A stretch of DNA of 64,000 nt, taken from Planctomycetota bacterium (lineage in GTDB: Bacteria > Planctomycetota > Planctomycetia > Pirellulales > PNKZ01). The notes under the pieces were generated by a model, which was not told the DNA's origin, did no database searches, and worked only from the letters and a program-made list of their open reading frames with translations. Positions 55,096 to 63,957 of the stretch are shown here, piece after piece; position 1 is the first letter of the stretch; every line of letters starts with the position of its first letter. The DNA lies in the NCBI GenBank assembly GCA_018242585.1, contig JAFEBQ010000012.1:148563-212562 (forward strand), in the 5' to 3' direction. The position numbers and the translations under genes were made by a program.

Positions 55096-55506
55096 ATGAG
55101 CGACGAAGTGCGAAATGGAATTGGGAAGCCGGGGATAGTCAAGAAGCACACCGAGCTCGACGTCTATCGATTGGCTTTCGATGCAGCGATGCAGTTATTC
55201 GAGTTAACCAAGAACTTCCCACGTGAGGAAACGTATTCGCTGACAGATCAGGTGCGGCGATCGTCTCGCTCGGTTTGCGCAAACCTGGCCGAAGCGTGGC
55301 GGAAACGGCGCTATCCGGCAGCATTTACCAGCAAACTCTGCGAATGCGAGGCGGAAGCCGCTGAAACGCAAACCTGGCTCCAATTCGCCGTCGAATCGAA
55401 TTACCTCGACCGCGATCAAGCCAGGCCGCTCTATCAGAATTACGACAGAATCATGGCGATGCTGGTGACAATGATCCAACACGCCGAGGATTGGAACGTC
55501 AAATGA
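55096..55506 (+). CDS. Four-helix-bundle protein (the family first found in 23S rRNA intervening sequences)
   Basis: 136 aa. LDVYRLAFDAAMQLFELTKNFPREETYSLTDQVRRSSRSVCANLAEAWRKRRYPAAFTSKLCECEAEAAETQTWLQFA is the family pattern. GAGG lies 7 nt upstream of the ATG. Confidence 0.85.
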   Translation: MSDEVRNGIGKPGIVKKHTELDVYRLAFDAAMQLFELTKNFPREETYSLTDQVRRSSRSVCANLAEAWRKRRYPAAFTSKLCECEAEAAETQTWLQFAVESNYLDRDQARPLYQNYDRIMAMLVTMIQHAEDWNVK

Positions 55507-57035
55507 CTCACCCCCCCACTCCCCCACTCCCCCACTCCCCCACTTCAGCCTGCACCGGCAGTCGGCGGGAGTTTCTCTGGCAGATCGGCGCTGGCTTCGG
55601 CGGCGTGGCGCTGAGCGCCATGTTGCAACAGGACGGCTTCTTCGGCGCGCTTGGCTCGCGGGCCCAGGCCGCCGAGTTGGCCGCGGCCGGCGGTGCGCCG
55701 AATCTGTCGGCGGGACCGCTCGCGCCGCGGATCGCCCATTTCCCGGCCAAGGCCAAGTCGTGCATCTTCTTGTTCATGTATGGCGGCCCGTCGCAGATGG
55801 ACTTGTTCGACTACAAGCCCGAACTGCAAAAGCGCGACGGCCAGGAAGTGCCGATGGAAATTCGCCGCCGCAGCGTCAAGCCGTCGAAGCTGTTGGCCAG
55901 CAAGCGCAAGTTCGCCCAACATGGCGAGTCGGGGCAGTGGTGCTCGGACGCGCTGCCGAACCTGTCGCAACACATGGACAAGCTGGCGGTGATCAAATCG
56001 CTATACTCCGACTCGTTCATTCACGGCTCGGCCATGTTGCAGATGAACTCGGGACGCATCTTGCAAGGCTACCCGTCGATGGGCTCTTGGCTGGGCTATG
56101 GCCTGGGGACGGTGAATCAGAACCTGCCGGGCTACGTGGTGATGTTGGACCCGCGCGGCGGGCCGATCAGCGGGGCGATGAACTGGTCGGCGGGGTTCAT
56201 GCCGGCGGCTTACCAGGGGACCGTATTCCGCGCCAGCGGCCAGCCGATCCTAAACCTGGGCTCGACCGCCGGCGACACGGCCGCCATGCAGCGCGACCAG
56301 ATCGACACACTGAACGCGATGAACCAGCAGCACCTCCTCGGCCGGCCGGGCTATAGCGAGCTGCAAGCGCGAATCGCCAGCTATGAGCTGGCGTTTCAGT
56401 TGCAGACGACCGCGCCCGAGGCGTTGGACCTGGCCGAGGAAAGCGAAGAGACCAAGACGATGTACGGCCTGTACGACGAGCCGGGGGACCACTCGTTGAC
56501 GGTTGGGCCGGCGCCGTTTGGGCGGCAATGCCTGATCGCGCGGCGGCTGGTCGAGCGTGGCGTGCGGTTCGTCCAGATCTATCACGGCGGCGGGCATCAG
56601 CAGCAAAACTGGGACGCCCACTTCGGCGTGGAAGAGAACCTGAAAATCCATTGCCCCGAAATCGACAAGCCGATCTCGGGTTTGCTGGCTGACTTGGACC
56701 GGCGCGGCCTGCTGGACGAGACGTTGGTGATCTGGGGTGGCGAGTTCGGTCGCCAGCCGGTCGTGCAAGGTACCGGCGACGGTCGCGATCACAACCCCAA
56801 GGGGTTCACCTACTGGTTGGCTGGCGGCGGCGTGAAGCGCGGCTTCAGCTACGGCGAGACCGACGAGCTGGGGCACGAAGCGACGGTCAATCGGCACCAT
56901 ATCCGCGACCTGCACGCAACGATCTTGCACCTGTTGGGACTCGACCATCACAAGCTGACGTACTTCTACGGCGGGCTGAATCACAAGCTGACCGGCGTGG
57001 TCGAAGCCGAGGTAATTCGTGAGTTGCTAGCGTGA
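55503..57035 (+). CDS. DUF1501 (sulfatase-fold) protein with Tat signal
   Basis: Tat motif SRREFLWQIGAGFGGVAL and the DUF1501 block VIWGGEFGRQP. The ATG at 55503 overlaps the upstream stop (ATGA). The track start at 55491 is also possible. Confidence 0.85.
   Translation: MTHPPTPPLPHSPTSACTGSRREFLWQIGAGFGGVALSAMLQQDGFFGALGSRAQAAELAAAGGAPNLSAGPLAPRIAHFPAKAKSCIFLFMYGGPSQMDLFDYKPELQKRDGQEVPMEIRRRSVKPSKLLASKRKFAQHGESGQWCSDALPNLSQHMDKLAVIKSLYSDSFIHGSAMLQMNSGRILQGYPSMGSWLGYGLGTVNQNLPGYVVMLDPRGGPISGAMNWSAGFMPAAYQGTVFRASGQPILNLGSTAGDTAAMQRDQIDTLNAMNQQHLLGRPGYSELQARIASYELAFQLQTTAPEALDLAEESEETKTMYGLYDEPGDHSLTVGPAPFGRQCLIARRLVERGVRFVQIYHGGGHQQQNWDAHFGVEENLKIHCPEIDKPISGLLADLDRRGLLDETLVIWGGEFGRQPVVQGTGDGRDHNPKGFTYWLAGGGVKRGFSYGETDELGHEATVNRHHIRDLHATILHLLGLDHHKLTYFYGGLNHKLTGVVEAEVIRELLA
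55513..55544. repeat. Four perfect tandem copies of CCCCCACT
   Basis: Four 8-nt copies at 55513-55520, 55521-55528, 55529-55536 and 55537-55544. They lie inside the first codons of the DUF1501 ORF and are translated PPTPPLPHSPT. Confidence 0.8.
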
Positions 57036-57041
57036 GAGTTG

Positions 57042-57126
57042 GTCCGTTGTCAGTTGTCCGTGGTCCGTTGTTGGGATGGAAGAGTTCACGCTCGGTGGCA
57101 ACGGACCACTGACAACGGACATTTTT
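57042..57126 (+). terminator. Intrinsic terminator of the DUF1501 gene, built from the GTCCGTTGTCAG repeat family
   Basis: Arms 57042-57070 and 57099-57120 pair over 12 bp plus 10 bp with a 7-nt bulge. ATTTTT follows at 57121-57126. Confidence 0.65.
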
Positions 57127-57444
57127 CGCGTGGAATGTTTAAGGCTGCGCAAGGCCAGACGCGAAAAAACCCTCAGTTCCGCTACCATCGTGCCGATACA
57201 TACGATTGAACAAGTCGGTCGCGTCCGGTAGGATTCGCGTAATCGGCAAAATCGTTCAAGCTTGCCTGGTCGATTGCTCGATACCAGGGAAGCCTGCCGA
57301 CCGGGCTGACACCGAAATGCCAGTCGCTAGCGGTCTTCGATCGCTGGCAGTATTCGGTCTCTGGCAGGTTTGCTTTGCCAGCAACGATCAACACGTATTC
57401 AACCGCGAAAAGTCCTGGAAAGGGCGATTCGCGTCCTTGAGCAT

Positions 57445-57516
57445 GGCTCCGTAGCCAAGTGGCTAAGGCAGCGGATTGCAAATCCGCCATCGTGAGTTCG
57501 ACTCTCACCGGAGCCT
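57445..57516 (+). tRNA. tRNA-Cys (anticodon GCA)
   Basis: Hand-folded: acceptor GGCTCCG/CGGAGCC, anticodon stem gcgga/tccgc with loop ttGCAaa, T-arm gtgag-ttcgact-ctcac, discriminator U. Confidence 0.9.
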
Positions 57517-57608
57517 TTTGCTCTTTCTTCCGCAGCAATCGCGGCCAAAACGTGGCCCGGTTGCAACTTGCGTTCATCGCTCATTACCACTTGGGCCGCT
57601 TCCACTCG

Positions 57609-58511
57609 TCAATCGATTACGAACGAGCTGGCTATCAGGATCGCGAATAGCGCCTGGGTGATTGCCATCGCCAGCCAGAAGATCGCGTAGCCATATTGGC
57701 CGCTCCGCAGGAATCGCCAGGCCGCCTGGCAATTGACGGCCACATAGACGAGCATCCCCAGGCCGATCACGGCCATGGCAACACGCATGCCGACCAGCAT
57801 CGTCCGGTTGGCAACCGCGGCCACGTCGGGAGGAAGTTCCCACTTCATCACTCCAGCCACGCCGGCCAGCGCGCACAACACCGCGACCACGACAAACAGC
57901 CCGACCAGCGTGCGCCGATTCTTCGTCCGCGTGGTCAGGTAGGCGGGCATTTGCGCATCGACGTCGGCGGCTAACTCGGGCGCGAATTGCCGCAGTTGCG
58001 CGAGCGCGTCGCCGCGACGGAACCAATAGGCGAAGCCCTTTAAGATCAGGTAGCGTTGCTGAGCGATTAAGGCTTGCTGCTCGGCATCGTAGAACTGCAT
58101 GCCGTTGATCCGCACGCCAGCCCAGTTGCGCATATGCCGCGAGGCTGGGTCGGTCATTGGCTCGCGCAGGACGATTCCTTCCTTGCCCGGCTGCCACAGA
58201 ATCCGCTCGATGCTCGACCAGGGAACCAGCTGGGACGAAAAGCCGAGCGTGCCGCGGAGCTTGATTCCGTCGGGCCTGATCCACATTCGCGATCCGAGCG
58301 CGGCCCAAAGAATGAACGCGACGGCCGGCGAGATGACCAGGGCCACGACGATGGCCGCCCCAAGCGTCGAGTTGTTCTCAGACATCACGGCCGCGACGGC
58401 GAGCCCGAGCGGCATCAGCAACAGCGCGCCGACAATCGCCAGGCAAGTCGCCACCAGCGCGGGACTGATCCCATAGCCACGTTCGCTGCCGCTTGTCGAA
58501 GTCGCCGTCAT
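57609..58511 (-). CDS. Membrane protein, unknown function (two TM pairs flanking a soluble beta-rich insert)
   Basis: 300 aa. Hydrophobic segments sit at both ends, and the central region is GIKLRGTLGFSSQLVPWSSIERILWQPGKEGIVLREP. Confidence 0.6.
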   Translation of the reverse strand: MTATSTSGSERGYGISPALVATCLAIVGALLLMPLGLAVAAVMSENNSTLGAAIVVALVISPAVAFILWAALGSRMWIRPDGIKLRGTLGFSSQLVPWSSIERILWQPGKEGIVLREPMTDPASRHMRNWAGVRINGMQFYDAEQQALIAQQRYLILKGFAYWFRRGDALAQLRQFAPELAADVDAQMPAYLTTRTKNRRTLVGLFVVVAVLCALAGVAGVMKWELPPDVAAVANRTMLVGMRVAMAVIGLGMLVYVAVNCQAAWRFLRSGQYGYAIFWLAMAITQALFAILIASSFVID

Positions 58512-58698
58512 GAATGGGCCCGCCCGTTAGATTGCCAGCGCGGCCTCTTGCTCGTTCCCGCGTTTATCGTTAATTCTACTCGCGAAGGTCATCTTCGCCC
58601 CGGCAAAATTTGCTTTCTTCGCTTGGTTACTCCTACACTACTCGATTGGTTGCCTGGGACGACTAACGCGCTCGGCAGGAACCTCTGGGGGAAGAATC

Positions 58699-59967
58699 AT
58701 GCGTCGGCATTCGTTGCGTGCGGTCTTAGCGGGTCGATTGTTGGCGGCGCTGCTGGCCTTGACGATCGGCTTTGGCGCCGCGGCCAACGTCGCCACGGCT
58801 GGCGAGGTCGACAAGCAGGCCGAGCCCGTCCTCAAAGCCCTGACTGACGCCAACTCCACGCTCAAGACCTTCCGCACCGAAATCACGGCCGCGTTCAAGG
58901 TGCAGCCGGCCTCGGGCGCGGCCAGTCGCGGGAATCTGGTTTACGCCGTCGTCGGCGCCGCGCCGAATAAGCTGGCCCTGACGCCGCGCTTGGGGGACGG
59001 TCCCACGATCATTGCCGACGGCGAGCAACTGTACACGTTCATGCCTTCGACTAGCCGTTATGTGCGCAGCGTCGCTCCCGATTCGATCGCCGACATCGCC
59101 AAGTCCAATGAAGTGCAGTCGACCGGGCCAGCCTGTGTCGTCGTTTCGGGAGCATTGCTCCTGTGCCAGCCCTACGAGCAACTGGTCAGCGCGATCGAAA
59201 CCGTCACCTACGTCGGCGAAGAGAAAGCCGGCGCTGGCAAGGCGCACCACCTTAAGCTGACGCAAGCCGATTTTGTTTGGGACGTGTGGATCGACGCGGG
59301 CAAGAAGCCGGCGCTGCGCCGGGCCGAAGTCGACATCAGCCGTTGGCGCGACAAGCATCCCGACGCGCTGCCGGCCGAGGCCAAGGTCGAAACGCAGCTC
59401 ACCTTCAAAACCGTAACTGGCACGCCGGCCGCCAAGGACAAGGATTTTGCGATTGTCCCACCGCCGACGGCCAAGGAAGTGGCCTCGTTCGCACCGGGCG
59501 AAAAGGAAGACTCGCCGCAACTGCTCAAGGACAAGCCAGCGCCGGCGTTTCAGGCCGCGCTGTTGAGCGGCGGCGCGGTCAGCTCATCGCAACTGCTGGG
59601 CAAGCAGGTGGTGATTCTCGATTTCTGGGCCACCTGGTGCCCGTATTGCGTCAAGTCGCTGCCGGGCGTGGCCGAGGTGGCCGCCGCGTATCGCTCGAAA
59701 GGGGTCTCGGTCGTGGCGGTCAACGTCAAGGAAGACGCGCCGACAGTGATGGCGTTCATGCGCGAGAAGCAGATCGACATACCCGTGGCCATGGACACCG
59801 ATGGCGCATTGAGCAAGCGGTATCGCGCCAGCGGGCTGCCCCAGTTGGTCATCATCGACCGCGCGGGCAAGGTGCGCATCGTCCACCAGGGCGCACCGGC
59901 CGACGTGAAGGAAGTTCTTTCGCGCGAGCTTGATATGATTCTGGCCGTAAAGACCGCCAGCAACTGA
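58699..59967 (+). CDS. Secreted TlpA/ResA-type thiol-disulfide oxidoreductase with an N-terminal LolA-like/DUF2092-like domain
   Basis: It has a signal peptide. The thioredoxin block is VVILDFWATWCPYCVKSLP...GLPQLVIIDRAGKV. Confidence 0.8.
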   Translation: MRRHSLRAVLAGRLLAALLALTIGFGAAANVATAGEVDKQAEPVLKALTDANSTLKTFRTEITAAFKVQPASGAASRGNLVYAVVGAAPNKLALTPRLGDGPTIIADGEQLYTFMPSTSRYVRSVAPDSIADIAKSNEVQSTGPACVVVSGALLLCQPYEQLVSAIETVTYVGEEKAGAGKAHHLKLTQADFVWDVWIDAGKKPALRRAEVDISRWRDKHPDALPAEAKVETQLTFKTVTGTPAAKDKDFAIVPPPTAKEVASFAPGEKEDSPQLLKDKPAPAFQAALLSGGAVSSSQLLGKQVVILDFWATWCPYCVKSLPGVAEVAAAYRSKGVSVVAVNVKEDAPTVMAFMREKQIDIPVAMDTDGALSKRYRASGLPQLVIIDRAGKVRIVHQGAPADVKEVLSRELDMILAVKTASN

Positions 59968-60010
59968 AGGATCGCGCAATGGGTCGCGAAGTGCGCACCG
60001 CCAGCGGACG

Positions 60011-60223
60011 TCAACCTTTCCGCTTGGGCTTCTTCAGTTCTCTTTCCATCGCCTGCAAGCTGGACTTCAGCACCGTGGGCAGCAGGAACAGCGTCGGCGC
60101 GTAGAAGCCCTTGAGACAGCGATTGCAATGCGCCGGCCAGACCAGCCACACGAACATCCACTCGATCCCCTTCGGCCGATCGAGCCGCGTGGGCGATTTC
60201 GACATACAAACCAGACAGCGCAT
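60011..60223 (-). CDS. Possible small Cys-pair membrane protein (70 aa), doubtful
   Basis: It has CLVC ... CNRC pairs around a hydrophobic segment and a K-rich tail. There is no Shine-Dalgarno sequence, and I recognise no family. Confidence 0.25.
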   Translation of the reverse strand: MRCLVCMSKSPTRLDRPKGIEWMFVWLVWPAHCNRCLKGFYAPTLFLLPTVLKSSLQAMERELKKPKRKG

Positions 60224-60486
60224 GGCGTCGTGAATCTCGGGATTTCGCGTGCCGGCTGCCAGGCAGAGGAAGCGGCCTAACGTCGCCCGTCGCGCTGATC
60301 AAAACCTGCCGCCATGACGAGCCACCGTAGAACATCGTACACCGAGGTGCCGCTTCTACAAGGCAACGGTTGTTGCGGCCACGAACATCAATGTGGCAGC
60401 AAAAAACAAAGGACGGGCGCCGCGGGGACGCCCGTCCTCTAGTCAATTCTATTCCGCCAATTCTGGGCCCGAGTTTGCGCCCTGGT

Positions 60487-61095
60487 TTACTTCCCCTTGG
60501 CGTCGGCCAGTTCTTTGGCCCGTTTGGTGTCGGCGGCGGCTTTGTCGGCGTCGCCCTTCTTGGTGTACTGGGCAGCCCGCGCGGTGTAGGCCTCTTCCAT
60601 TTCGTCGTTCTGGGTGATGGCCGCGGTGAAGTCGGCGATCGCCTTGTCGGCGTCTCCCTTCAGGGCGTGCGCCTTGCCGCGCGAAAGGAATGCCTCGGAG
60701 TCATCAGGATTCAGCTTCAGCGCCTTGTCCAGGTCAGCGATCGCCTTGTCGGCGTCACCCATCGCCACGTACAACTCGCCCCGGTCGCCGTACGGCGCGT
60801 CGTAGTCGGGCTTCATCTTGATGGCGGTGGCAAAGTCAGCCTCGGCCTTGGCCTTGTCACCCTTGCGCGCGTACGCGTTGCCACGGGTGTTAAAGGCGAC
60901 GACGTGATCGGGCTTCAACTCGATCACCCAGGTCAACGAGGCAATTGCCTTGTCGTAGTTCTTGGCTTCCATGGCCGCCACGCCTTCTTCCAGGGCCTGT
61001 TGCCACTCGGGCACCTTGGGAGGCTCGGCGCAGCCCACCAGCCCCAGGAACACCAACGCCACCATCAGAGAAACGCCACGATTTGCCATTCGCAT
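60487..61095 (-). CDS. TPR-repeat lipoprotein
   Basis: Lipobox FLGLVGC. About five canonical 34-aa TPR units follow, with a repeating DKAIADF/DKAIASL pattern. Confidence 0.85.
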   Translation of the reverse strand: MRMANRGVSLMVALVFLGLVGCAEPPKVPEWQQALEEGVAAMEAKNYDKAIASLTWVIELKPDHVVAFNTRGNAYARKGDKAKAEADFATAIKMKPDYDAPYGDRGELYVAMGDADKAIADLDKALKLNPDDSEAFLSRGKAHALKGDADKAIADFTAAITQNDEMEEAYTARAAQYTKKGDADKAAADTKRAKELADAKGK

Positions 61096-61393
61096 AGTTG
61101 CTGTGCCCTTGTGTTGGTCGAAGAAGGACCGAATAGGTATTGCCGCTTACCGATCACGCCGCGTCGAAAGCTGGACGCGATCTCCCCGGCCCGCAATCGT
61201 AACCGATTGCCTAGGGCATTTCACCTGTCCGTCCGAACTTCGCACACTCCACGACCCGAACCTCGGGACCACTAGTGAATCGCCCTTAACGGCAGCGGTA
61301 GAACGCCGGTCGGCGACTCGTCAGCTTTCGCATAACCAATAGAATGATTTTGCCTCGTCGACTTCCGTACTATCCCGCTCAAGGAACTTGCGT

Positions 61394-61735
61394 ATGCCTG
61401 TGATGGTTCAAACCGTCGGCTTGTTGATCTTGTCGAACGTGTTCATGACGTTCGCCTGGTATGCCCACTTGAAGAATCTAGCCGATCGCCCCTGGTACAT
61501 CGCGGCCTTGTTGAGTTGGGGCGTGGCGCTGTTTGAGTACCTGGCCCAGGTGCCGGCCAACCGCATCGGCCACAGCGAGCTGAGCGTCGGCCAACTCAAA
61601 ATCATCCAAGAGGTGATCACCCTGTCCGTGTTCGTGCCGTTCTCGGTCCTCTATTTGCAAGAGCCGATCAAGCTCAATTACTTGTGGGCGGCGCTGTGCA
61701 TGTGTGGGGCGGTGTTCTTCGTCTTTCGCGGCTGA
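61394..61735 (+). CDS. DMT-superfamily small membrane protein (DUF486-like)
   Basis: MPVMVQTVGLLILSNVFMTFAWYAHLK...LSVGQLKIIQEVITLSVFVPFSVLYL is typical of this family. AAGGAA lies about 7 nt upstream of ATG 61394. Confidence 0.75.
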   Translation: MPVMVQTVGLLILSNVFMTFAWYAHLKNLADRPWYIAALLSWGVALFEYLAQVPANRIGHSELSVGQLKIIQEVITLSVFVPFSVLYLQEPIKLNYLWAALCMCGAVFFVFRG

Positions 61736-62001
61736 TGGAGCATTTGAGTTGCCGACTGGCACAACGTCATTTCAAGCCGAGGGCCCGATCCACGAGAATT
61801 GATCGCATCATGGGCGATCTCCTGGATTGGGATGATGTTAAACGGCGATATCTCTTCGATGCCGCTCCGCGTCCCCCTCGCCCACCTGGGCAGGTCATTG
61901 CAGTTCTCGGTGGCTGGGATAGCATTATGGTCAACGCCTTCGCACTCGCCGACATTGATTCGTTCCGTTGCCCACTGGCCGTGATCTGGGACCGAAAATG
62001 A
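61735..62001 (+). CDS. Possible small protein (88 aa; alternative start 61810) bridging the DMT gene and moaD
   Basis: Its ATG overlaps the DMT stop (TGATG at 61733-61737) and its TGA overlaps the moaD ATG (ATGA at 61998-62001). I recognise no family. Confidence 0.3.
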   Translation: MEHLSCRLAQRHFKPRARSTRIDRIMGDLLDWDDVKRRYLFDAAPRPPRPPGQVIAVLGGWDSIMVNAFALADIDSFRCPLAVIWDRK

Positions 62002-62243
62002 TCGTTCGTGTGCAGTTGTTCGCCGTGGCGCGCGAAAAAGTCGGCGCTCAGGCTGTCGATCTCGAAGTGTCCGAGCCGGCCACGGTCGGAGCCTTGCGTC
62101 GTTCGCTGGCTCAGTACTTTCCCGCCCTCGGCCCGCTGGTCGGCAAGTTGATGTTCTCGGTCAACGCCGACTACGCCGACGACCGAACTCCGATCACCTC
62201 GGCCAGCGACATCGCCGCCATTCCGCCCGTAAGTGGCGGCTAG
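61998..62243 (+). CDS. moaD: Molybdopterin synthase sulfur-carrier subunit
   Basis: 81 aa, ubiquitin-like, beginning MIVRVQLFAVAREKVG and ending in the diagnostic Gly-Gly (PPVSGG). Confidence 0.85.
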   Translation: MIVRVQLFAVAREKVGAQAVDLEVSEPATVGALRRSLAQYFPALGPLVGKLMFSVNADYADDRTPITSASDIAAIPPVSGG

Positions 62244-62362
62244 GCATGGGATTCCGCCCCCGGTGGGACGCTCGGCAGGCAACGTGTCGCTATAATCAAT
62301 GGTGCGTTATCCAAGTGCGCCGCGCCCTCCATAAACGCTTCTCGCTCAGTTCGGCACGCCCC

Positions 62363-62806
62363 ATGATCGCCATCACTACCCAGCCGATCGACACCCAACA
62401 AATCCTGGCCGACGTCGCCTCGCCGGCCGCCGGGGCGGTGGTGCTGTTCCTGGGGACGGTGCGCGAGATGACCGGCGAGCGGCGAACCGCGTCGCTGAAC
62501 TATGAATGCTACCCCGAGATGGCTCAGCGCAAGCTGGCCGAACTCGAAGCCGAAGCTCGGCGGCGCTGGCCCCTGGTCGGTTGCGCAATCGTCCATCGTG
62601 TCGGCCACTTGGAACTCGGCGAGGCGAGCGTGGCCGTGGCCGTCAGCTCGCCGCATCGAGGCGAGTCGTTCGCCGCCGGCCAATGGTTGATTGACACGCT
62701 CAAGCAAATCGTGCCGATCTGGAAACAGGAACATTGGGCCGACGGCACAACCGAGTGGGTCCACCCCGGGCTGGACGCCAGCGCGCCGCAGAACAGTACG
62801 CCATGA
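62363..62806 (+). CDS. moaE: Molybdopterin synthase catalytic subunit
   Basis: MoaE blocks are GAVVLFLGTVRE, YECYPEMA, VAVAVSSPHRGESF and IVPIWKQEHW. I moved the start to ATG 62363. Confidence 0.85.
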   Translation: MIAITTQPIDTQQILADVASPAAGAVVLFLGTVREMTGERRTASLNYECYPEMAQRKLAELEAEARRRWPLVGCAIVHRVGHLELGEASVAVAVSSPHRGESFAAGQWLIDTLKQIVPIWKQEHWADGTTEWVHPGLDASAPQNSTP

Positions 62807-63957
62807 GTACGCCTCCCGAAACTTTCGAGCAGACACAGCGCGTAGGCCCGCTAGGCGTCCCCGGACCAACGAGCGCGCTGCCGCTGCTGCCCGTGGTGAG
62901 CTTGCCGGCCGCAAGCAAAGCGGCAGCACACGACCCGCTCGCCCCGGTCGATGAATCGATCTGGGAGGGCTCGCTGGTCGACACGTTCGGCCGGGTCCAC
63001 ACCGACCTCCGGGTCAGCGTGACCGACCGGTGCAATATCCGCTGCGTCTATTGCATGCCGGCCGAGGCCGTGCAGTTCAAGCCCAAGCACGAGTTGCTGA
63101 CGTTCGAGGAGATCGAACGGCTGGTCCGCGTGGCGGCGCGACTCGGCGTGAACAAGCTGCGGCTCACCGGTGGCGAGCCACTGGTCCGTCGCGAGTTGCC
63201 CAAGCTAGTCGCGCGGCTTAGTCGCATCTCAGGGATTCGTGACATCGCGCTGACGACCAATGGGATGCTGTTGGCCGAACAGGCAGCGCCGCTGCGTCGC
63301 GCGGGCTTGCACCGCCTGAACATTTCGCTCGACGCCCTTGATGCCGAAACCTTCCAACGAATCGCTCGACGCGAAGGCTTGGAACAAGTGCTGGCCGGCA
63401 TTGCCGCCGCCAAGCGCGCTGGCTTTGGGCGCATTCGCCTCAACGCCGTCGCCCTGCGCGGCGTGACCGAGTCGCAGATTGTGCCGCTGGTCACGTTCGC
63501 GCGCGAGCAGGGGCTGGAAATGCGGTTCATCGAGTACATGCCGCTCGACGCCGATCACGGCTGGGACAATGCCCAAGTGCTATCGGGCCAGGAAATCCGC
63601 GCCATCATCGAACGCGAGATCGGCCGACTCGAACCCTTGCCGGTGACGGCACCGCATCAGCCGGCGACCGATTACCGCTTTGTTGACGGCTGCGGCACGC
63701 TCGGGTTCATTAACCCGGTGACCCAGCCGTTCTGCTCGGCGTGTAATCGCCTGCGGCTGACCGCCGAGGGGCAGTTGCGCAACTGCCTGTTCTCGCTGGA
63801 AGAATGGGATGCACGGCACGTGATCCGCGCCGGCGGCAGCGACGCGCAACTAGCCCGGCTGCTGCGCGATTGCGTAGCCCAAAAACGGGCCGGACATGGC
63901 ATCAACAGCGACGAGTTCCGTCGACCCGAGCGCTCGATGTACGAGATTGGCGGTTAA
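62803..63957 (+). CDS. moaA: GTP 3',8-cyclase (radical SAM, molybdenum cofactor biosynthesis), with an N-terminal extension of about 55 aa
   Basis: The radical SAM block is VSVTDRCNIRCVYCMP and the second cluster is CSACNRLRLTAEGQLRNCLF. The C-terminus is Gly-Gly. ATG 62803 overlaps the moaE stop (ATGA). Confidence 0.9.
   Translation: MSTPPETFEQTQRVGPLGVPGPTSALPLLPVVSLPAASKAAAHDPLAPVDESIWEGSLVDTFGRVHTDLRVSVTDRCNIRCVYCMPAEAVQFKPKHELLTFEEIERLVRVAARLGVNKLRLTGGEPLVRRELPKLVARLSRISGIRDIALTTNGMLLAEQAAPLRRAGLHRLNISLDALDAETFQRIARREGLEQVLAGIAAAKRAGFGRIRLNAVALRGVTESQIVPLVTFAREQGLEMRFIEYMPLDADHGWDNAQVLSGQEIRAIIEREIGRLEPLPVTAPHQPATDYRFVDGCGTLGFINPVTQPFCSACNRLRLTAEGQLRNCLFSLEEWDARHVIRAGGSDAQLARLLRDCVAQKRAGHGINSDEFRRPERSMYEIGG

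Noticed and set aside
57182-57577. 131-aa minus-strand ORF
   Set aside because: Its first 45 codons, including all ATG codons, overlap tRNA-Cys. The remaining part is discussed as a low-interest finding only.
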